A stretch of DNA of 64,000 nucleotides, taken from Bryobacterales bacterium (GTDB lineage: Bacteria; Acidobacteriota; Terriglobia; Bryobacterales; UBA6623). How positions within the stretch are numbered: position 1 is the first letter of the stretch; each line of letters begins with the position of its first letter. Both the position numbers and the translations under genes were made by a program. The notes under the pieces were generated by a model that ran no database searches, was not told the origin of the DNA, and worked only from the letters and a program-made list of their open reading frames with translations. The stretch spans positions 1,056,001 to 1,120,000 of the forward strand of contig OY729428.2 in NCBI GenBank assembly GCA_963422375.2. Reading direction: 5' to 3'. Shown here in pieces: positions 58,942 through 64,000 of the stretch.

Positions 58942-61395
58942 TCACTCGTAGGTCACGAAGAACGGCGACGTCCATGCGATCTCGGGGTCCCCGCCGGATG
59001 CCTCGGTGTCCCGTTGGAACACACGGACGTAGTAGTAGGTCTCGCCCGGTTCGGGCTCGGCGTCCTTGTACGACAGCGTCGCCTTCCGCCCTCCGGGCCT
59101 CTGCGTGTAAACGTACTCGCCGTTCTTGACCACGTCGATTCGCAGGATCTCGTCCGGGGCCTCCACCTCGACCGCGATCTCGGGCGGCGCCGAGACGCTC
59201 GCCGACAACTCTTGGCCGACCATGCGCCCGTCCGCCGTGGCTCTGACCAGGATCTCGTCGCTCGCGGCGTACGTGCGCCTCGCGAGCATGGCGTCAAACA
59301 GGGACGCGCGCGAAGCCTCCTCGGCCCATACGGCGGCCCACGAGTTGTGCGTCGAACCGTGGTCGCTGAACGAGACGAAGCCGTAGCGATGGCCCTTGTT
59401 CAGGGCGTCCTGGGCGAAGTGCCCGGGCTGGTCCGTCTGCGTGCCGCCGCGCTTCTCGCCGTCCGGCGCCTGCCAGCGCTCGTAGCTCCCGCGGGCCCCC
59501 TGGTACAGCTCTAGCAGGCAGTCCATCGGGGCCGGCGTCCAATTCCAGTCTGCGAGAGGGCCGGCGGCGAACGTGTGCGGCACAATCACCGTCTTCTGGC
59601 CGTTCCGGGACAAGACCTTCTCGCGCATCCACTCCCACATCGTGGGCGGGGAATTATCGGGCGCATCGCGACCCTTCGCGCGGTCGATGGGCCGCAGCGG
59701 GCCGCCGCGCTGCAGGTACAGCACGTTGCGGTGCCCGCCCGGACGCATCATCGAGTGCTCGTAGGTGTAGATGCCCCAGAACTTCGGCGCGTGCGTGTAG
59801 ACGTCGACCAGCTTTTGCGCGTACCACCACTGGTAGTCGCGCAGGGAGTCCGGCCAGCGACCGCCGAAGACCTCGTTATGATCACTCGGGCCGACGAAGT
59901 CCATGCTCGCCGCGTCCAGCGCGTAGCGGTAGGTATCCTCGATCGACCCGTCCACGGCGCTGTGGCCGCGCACGTCGGTGTGGCGGTGGCAGTCGCCCAG
60001 CAGCAGCGAATAGGTCTTCCCGCCGGCGGTCATGCGCGCCCGCGCGCGGTGCTCGTAGCCCTTTCCGGGGGCGGCCACGTCTACCGGAACGAGCGTCGGC
60101 CCCGATGACTGCGCCTGCTCCAGCGAAGCCGCGTAGACGTTGTAGTGCAGCGCGTGCATCTGGCTGGTCGGCAGGTTCTCCGGCGACCGCAGGTCGCTGG
60201 AAAAGGCCAGCTGCAGCGTGCCGTCCGGAGCGGTGTCGACCGAAGTGCGCTGCGTGTTGCGGCCCGAACTGTTCTCCATCAGAACGGGATCCGTCCAGCC
60301 CTCGTCTCCCAGCCGGGTCGCGTACACGTGATACATCTCGTGGGGCTTGCGGATCGTCCAGTGCCGGAAGACAACCCAGACGGAGCCCCCTCCGTCGACG
60401 GCCACGGTCGGCAGTTCGGCGAACCGGGTCATGCGGCCCGCGAGAATCTCGCGGATGTCGGCCGCCGGCGCGGAGACACGGCCGCCGGAGTAGACGCGCA
60501 GCCCGAGACCTCTTCTGGCGTGCAGCCCCTCGCTGCCCTCGACCTCGCTGGAGGTGGAGTAGTCCTTGCCCCAGTTCTCGCGTGCGGTGTCGTAGGCGAC
60601 CCAAACGCGGTCCGTCGAATCGACAGCGACACTGGAGTGGAATTGCGCCTGCGGGCCCGTCGCGACCGCGACCGGCTCCCCAGCCTGCCGCCCGTCGAAC
60701 GATGCGAGGAACACGTCGTAATTACCCGCGTGGTAGCTGTCCCAGGCAATCCAGGCCGTGCCCGTGCCGTCGATCGCCAGGGCCGGCTCCCAGTCGTTGG
60801 CACCTGACGGAGAGATTCTGACCTCGGGACCCCATCCGGACTTGGTGCGCCGTCGGGCGTAGATCTCCCCTTGGAGCTCTCGGAACGATTGCCAAGCGAC
60901 CGTCACGTCGCCGCTCGAGTCGGCCGCCGCCGTGGCGTGGAAGTCGCTGTGGTCGCCGGACGCGACGCTCTCGACCGGGCCGACCGCGCCGCTGTCGCGG
61001 ACCATGGCGGCGAACAGGTCAAAGCTTCCGCCCTTCCCGCCCGACCAGACGACCAAGGCTCCGCCGGGCACGGCCGCAATGTCCGGCAGGTAGTGATCCC
61101 AGTTGCCGTCGTCAAGACGCACCGGCGCGCCCCAAGCTCCGTCGGGGTCCCGCCGACGAACGACAACGGTATCGGCGGCGTCACCGTCCCATTCCACATA
61201 AGCCAGCCAGAGGCTGCCGTCCGCCCCGCTGGCGACGGCGGGCCAGTCCGCCGTCTTGCCGGCCTCCGAGACCCTATCGGAGGGTACTTCGCCAGCGATC
61301 TCGGCAGGGGGCAGATCGGCTTGCGGGACCTCGACCTCAACCCGCTCGCAGGTCGCGAGAGGAAACGCTAGGGCAACCAAGGCTAGGACTCGCAT
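58942..61395 (-). CDS. Exported beta-propeller plus PHP-like metallohydrolase (DUF3604-like) protein
   Basis: Possible lipobox LATC; propeller-like repeats; GDCHRHTD, SDHN, YEHS, GHRNV, PHT, SDHGSTH, RRTYA, YYYVRV and AWTSP. Confidence 0.8.
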   Translation of the reverse strand: MRVLALVALAFPLATCERVEVEVPQADLPPAEIAGEVPSDRVSEAGKTADWPAVASGADGSLWLAYVEWDGDAADTVVVRRRDPDGAWGAPVRLDDGNWDHYLPDIAAVPGGALVVWSGGKGGSFDLFAAMVRDSGAVGPVESVASGDHSDFHATAAADSSGDVTVAWQSFRELQGEIYARRRTKSGWGPEVRISPSGANDWEPALAIDGTGTAWIAWDSYHAGNYDVFLASFDGRQAGEPVAVATGPQAQFHSSVAVDSTDRVWVAYDTARENWGKDYSTSSEVEGSEGLHARRGLGLRVYSGGRVSAPAADIREILAGRMTRFAELPTVAVDGGGSVWVVFRHWTIRKPHEMYHVYATRLGDEGWTDPVLMENSSGRNTQRTSVDTAPDGTLQLAFSSDLRSPENLPTSQMHALHYNVYAASLEQAQSSGPTLVPVDVAAPGKGYEHRARARMTAGGKTYSLLLGDCHRHTDVRGHSAVDGSIEDTYRYALDAASMDFVGPSDHNEVFGGRWPDSLRDYQWWYAQKLVDVYTHAPKFWGIYTYEHSMMRPGGHRNVLYLQRGGPLRPIDRAKGRDAPDNSPPTMWEWMREKVLSRNGQKTVIVPHTFAAGPLADWNWTPAPMDCLLELYQGARGSYERWQAPDGEKRGGTQTDQPGHFAQDALNKGHRYGFVSFSDHGSTHNSWAAVWAEEASRASLFDAMLARRTYAASDEILVRATADGRMVGQELSASVSAPPEIAVEVEAPDEILRIDVVKNGEYVYTQRPGGRKATLSYKDAEPEPGETYYYVRVFQRDTEASGGDPEIAWTSPFFVTYE

Positions 61396-62169
61396 GGCGC
61401 ACCCAATTTATCCCGGATATCGCCGGTGTTCCCGGGCGCGGCACGAGGAACACGCGGCGCGCCCCCGCTGGGGGACGCGGCCTAGACCGGCCCTCCGCTG
61501 ATTCGCGACGGCCCGAAGAGGCCGGGGAGGAACAACCGTTCCAGTGCCGCCAATAAGGTCGGCCGGCCCCGTCGAGGCACGAGGCTCGCGAGGAGACAGC
61601 GGCGCACGCCGAGACAGTCCGGGCCTGCGTCCATCCTCAGCACTGGCAAGAGTGGAGTCAGGAATCCTCGGTCCGTGACTCTTGGCGCGCTCGGCAGCAG
61701 CCACTGCCCCGCACGCCAGCTCCCGAGCAAGATCCCGACCAAGGCCTCAGTCGGACCAACAAGGGCCCTGCTGCCTCAACGGGGGGTGCCGACCCTAGCT
61801 CGCGCGCCGCAGCCTCCGTTCAGGTCATCACCCTGCGGGGGTCAGCAGGGCTCCTCTTACGGCGCTTCGGGACTCGTTCGCATCGCGCCTGCGCTTGAGC
61901 GGCAGGTCGGAAGTCCCCTTGTCCCGGGATCCCGTCCCTAGCAATTGTGCGGGACGGCCCGCCTTCGAACGCGAGCGTGACGGACGTCGCGGTGGCCGAG
62001 CTGAATCGGTAATGGAATCGCCGGACACGTTGCGCAGCCGCAGGCTTGCAGAGCCGTACGACGGTCCGTGTGGCATGGGACACCGTTCCCCGCAGGACCC
62101 AGTCCGCCTTGGCCGCGGCCTTCGGCGAAGTGACTGCCAGCAACTAGGCAGGTATCCACAGGCCGGCAC

Positions 62170-62440
62170 TGAGGCTTATTCCGCCCTTGCACCTGCGGAA
62201 GAATTCCTTGATCGCCTTGTCCACGCGTGCGAGCGTGCCCCCGACAACCTTGCTCCGAGCGCTGCACGGCTCGTCGGGCTCGGATTCTCGCAGCGCCGGC
62301 ATCCTACCGCACTGGTCGAACCAGCCGACGCGATCCTTGCGCCTTCCGGCACCTTGGTGTCAAGCCAGCGCAACCACCCCAGCGCCCCTTCGATGCCAGC
62401 GGAGCCCGACGTCCGGCTGTGCCCGTGCCCTTGATTGGTG
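62170..62440 (-). pseudogene. tnpB: N-terminal remnant of IS200/IS605 TnpB
   Basis: IEGALGWLRWL, then after a frameshift VGWFDQCGRMPALRESEP...GGTLARVDKAIKEFFRRCKGG, then NKP after another shift. No RuvC or Zn-finger part seen. Confidence 0.55.
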
Positions 62441-62764
62441 CCTCCGACGGTCGCAACTTCATCATTCGGCGGCGACGTTCCGCTGCCAAGCGGCGGTCGG
62501 AGCCTTGCACGACGACTCCTGACGCTCTCCGAAGAGCCGCCTGCGGAGGTACCGCAGTCCGCAGAAGTCTGCGCCCCTGCAGTCGCGCCGAGCAGCCAGA
62601 GTTCTGCCGTTGGTCCGTCCGGCAGGGCGTATCCGGCATGGCTGCCTTGCGTTGCCCTTGAAGCGCTCTGCAACCGCCCTTCGCAGCACGCGCCCGGTGG
62701 CAGGAGATAGGGGCGCCCGCCCGGCAAGGGACCGCATTCTCGGACTGGTTGGCGCGGCCTCTCG

Positions 62765-64000
62765 TCACTGCGTCGCGCAAGCGCTCGGATCCGCGAGCGT
62801 CCGACCCGCTAGCCTGCCGCGCAACTCGTCGGCGGCGAGGTCGAACAGCGACGCCATCTGTCGGCGATGGTCCTCGGATGCGTAACTCCCGTTCTCGACG
62901 TAGAAGTCCTTCTGCCGGGCCAAGCTCTCGAGCAGCGCTTCGGCGTCGGCGGACGACCGGATCGGGTCGGTTCCGACCAGGACCCGGACGGCCGCCGTAT
63001 GCGCGACCTCGGCACCCCCGGGGACGACGCCCTCGCGGCCATGCCCCCGGACCGCCAGCCACGTGCTTCGATGGACCGGCAGCCTAGTCTCGAGAGCGAC
63101 CGAGAACACGTCGCCGTCGCGTTCAATCACGTCCGACGAAACCGCGACCCTGCCGGCTTGCACGAGTTCGACGACCTGCAGCTCGCGAGGGCTCCGCATC
63201 CGGATCCTCACCTTGACCTCGCCGCCTGCCTCCGGCAGGCACACGAGACCTCCTGGACCGGCGCTGTCGACCTCGAAGTCGATGCTCGGACCGTTCGTGA
63301 CGAAGGTCTCGCCCCGCTTGACGGCGGCGTTCCAAGCGGCCGACCCAATCCGGCCGCCGGTCCTGGCGTACATTCGCATCCCACCACCTAGGAAGGGCTG
63401 CCAAGGCTCCCGCCACGGGTTGTTGGGGAGGTCGCTCCCCGCTGTCGGCGCCAGGACGTAGCCGCAGTTCAGCAGGCGGTACCAATTCGGCAGAGGCCAT
63501 AAGCCGGTGACCCAGTTCGCGATTTCGATGAATTCGAGTTTGCCGAGCAGCGCGTCGAGAAAGACCGTCGGACTGCGTCCGAGCGTACCGCCGTGAGCAA
63601 CCCCGGCCAGCGCGCCCAATTCGCGGGCCCGGTCGAGCACGCCCGGGAAGAGGGGGTAGTTGCGGGGCGCATCCCGGACGCCAGCCATGATGGGCTGGAT
63701 CACTTCGCGCAGCCCGAAGAGGAGCAAGTGCCCCTGCAGTTGGTCGCGGTACTCCTCTCCGGCCACGATCGTGCGGCCGTCGCCGGACGTCTCGCCGGCC
63801 GGGCCGTAGGCGAACTGACGCGCCCACACCCCGGGGACCATGCCGCCCTTGAGCACCATGAACTGGGCGTGGGCGATGTCGCCCCCGTCCATCATCGCCA
63901 GCCAGTCGCGGTCGCCGGCTGCATCGACGCGGTCGTAGTGGAGGTGCGCGTCGGCGGCCCGCCACCCTTGCTCGCGAAGCCGATTCCAGCGCCGCAGCCG
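62765..64000 (-). CDS. CehA/McbA family (PHP-like) metallohydrolase, 5' end outside the window
   Basis: GWRAADAHLHYDR, GEEYR..QGH, AHG, WYRLLNCG, AGSD, GETFVTNGP and AHT. Confidence 0.85.
   Translation of the reverse strand, partial: RLRRWNRLREQGWRAADAHLHYDRVDAAGDRDWLAMMDGGDIAHAQFMVLKGGMVPGVWARQFAYGPAGETSGDGRTIVAGEEYRDQLQGHLLLFGLREVIQPIMAGVRDAPRNYPLFPGVLDRARELGALAGVAHGGTLGRSPTVFLDALLGKLEFIEIANWVTGLWPLPNWYRLLNCGYVLAPTAGSDLPNNPWREPWQPFLGGGMRMYARTGGRIGSAAWNAAVKRGETFVTNGPSIDFEVDSAGPGGLVCLPEAGGEVKVRIRMRSPRELQVVELVQAGRVAVSSDVIERDGDVFSVALETRLPVHRSTWLAVRGHGREGVVPGGAEVAHTAAVRVLVGTDPIRSSADAEALLESLARQKDFYVENGSYASEDHRRQMASLFDLAADELRGRLAGRTLADPSACATQ

Noticed and set aside
1..64000. CRISPR array, rRNA or tRNA genes
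   Set aside because: No regularly spaced direct repeats, rRNA-like tract or tRNA cloverleaf noticed by eye. A covariance-model scan (Infernal, tRNAscan-SE) would be needed to exclude small RNAs in 21653-22202, 38342-38850, 40500-40990 and 61400-62760.

Overview
High-GC bacterial chromosomal window. Its gene content (carboxypeptidase-regulatory-domain TonB receptor, CRTAC1/ASPIC-UnbV proteins, DUF1501, sulfatases, Tat-exported Gfo/Idh/MocA and aldo-keto reductases) suggests an Acidobacteriota, Bryobacterales-like heterotroph; this taxonomy is an inference. About 40 intact CDSs are supported, including maeB, purB, mmsA, tctCBA, a glycerate-pathway cluster and a type II quinohemoprotein alcohol dehydrogenase. 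The best candidate for an undescribed system is a roughly 12 kb envelope-located redox/metal module (34.3-46.6 kb). It holds a c-type cytochrome lipoprotein, two tandem His-bearing 4-TM proteins (DUF6644-like), two exported proteins whose mature N-terminus is His-His (DUF6152-like), two copies of an ordered pair of Cys-containing exported unknown proteins, and the PQQ dehydrogenase. Between intact genes lie small, mostly AT-richer islets that I could translate by hand as decayed defence or mobile genes the ORF track misses: a Panacea (DUF4065) TA pair, a Lamassu/ABC-3C fragment, a possible chaperone-antitoxin-toxin triplet, an HNH nuclease tail, a type IIG-like R-M gene interrupted by a 255-bp MITE with clear TIRs and target duplication, and a TnpB N-terminal remnant. 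Two window-wide patterns also appear: apparent leaderless starts and a CCWGG-deamination-like codon scar. No rRNA, tRNA or CRISPR array was seen. All family assignments come from motif recognition by eye, not from database searches.
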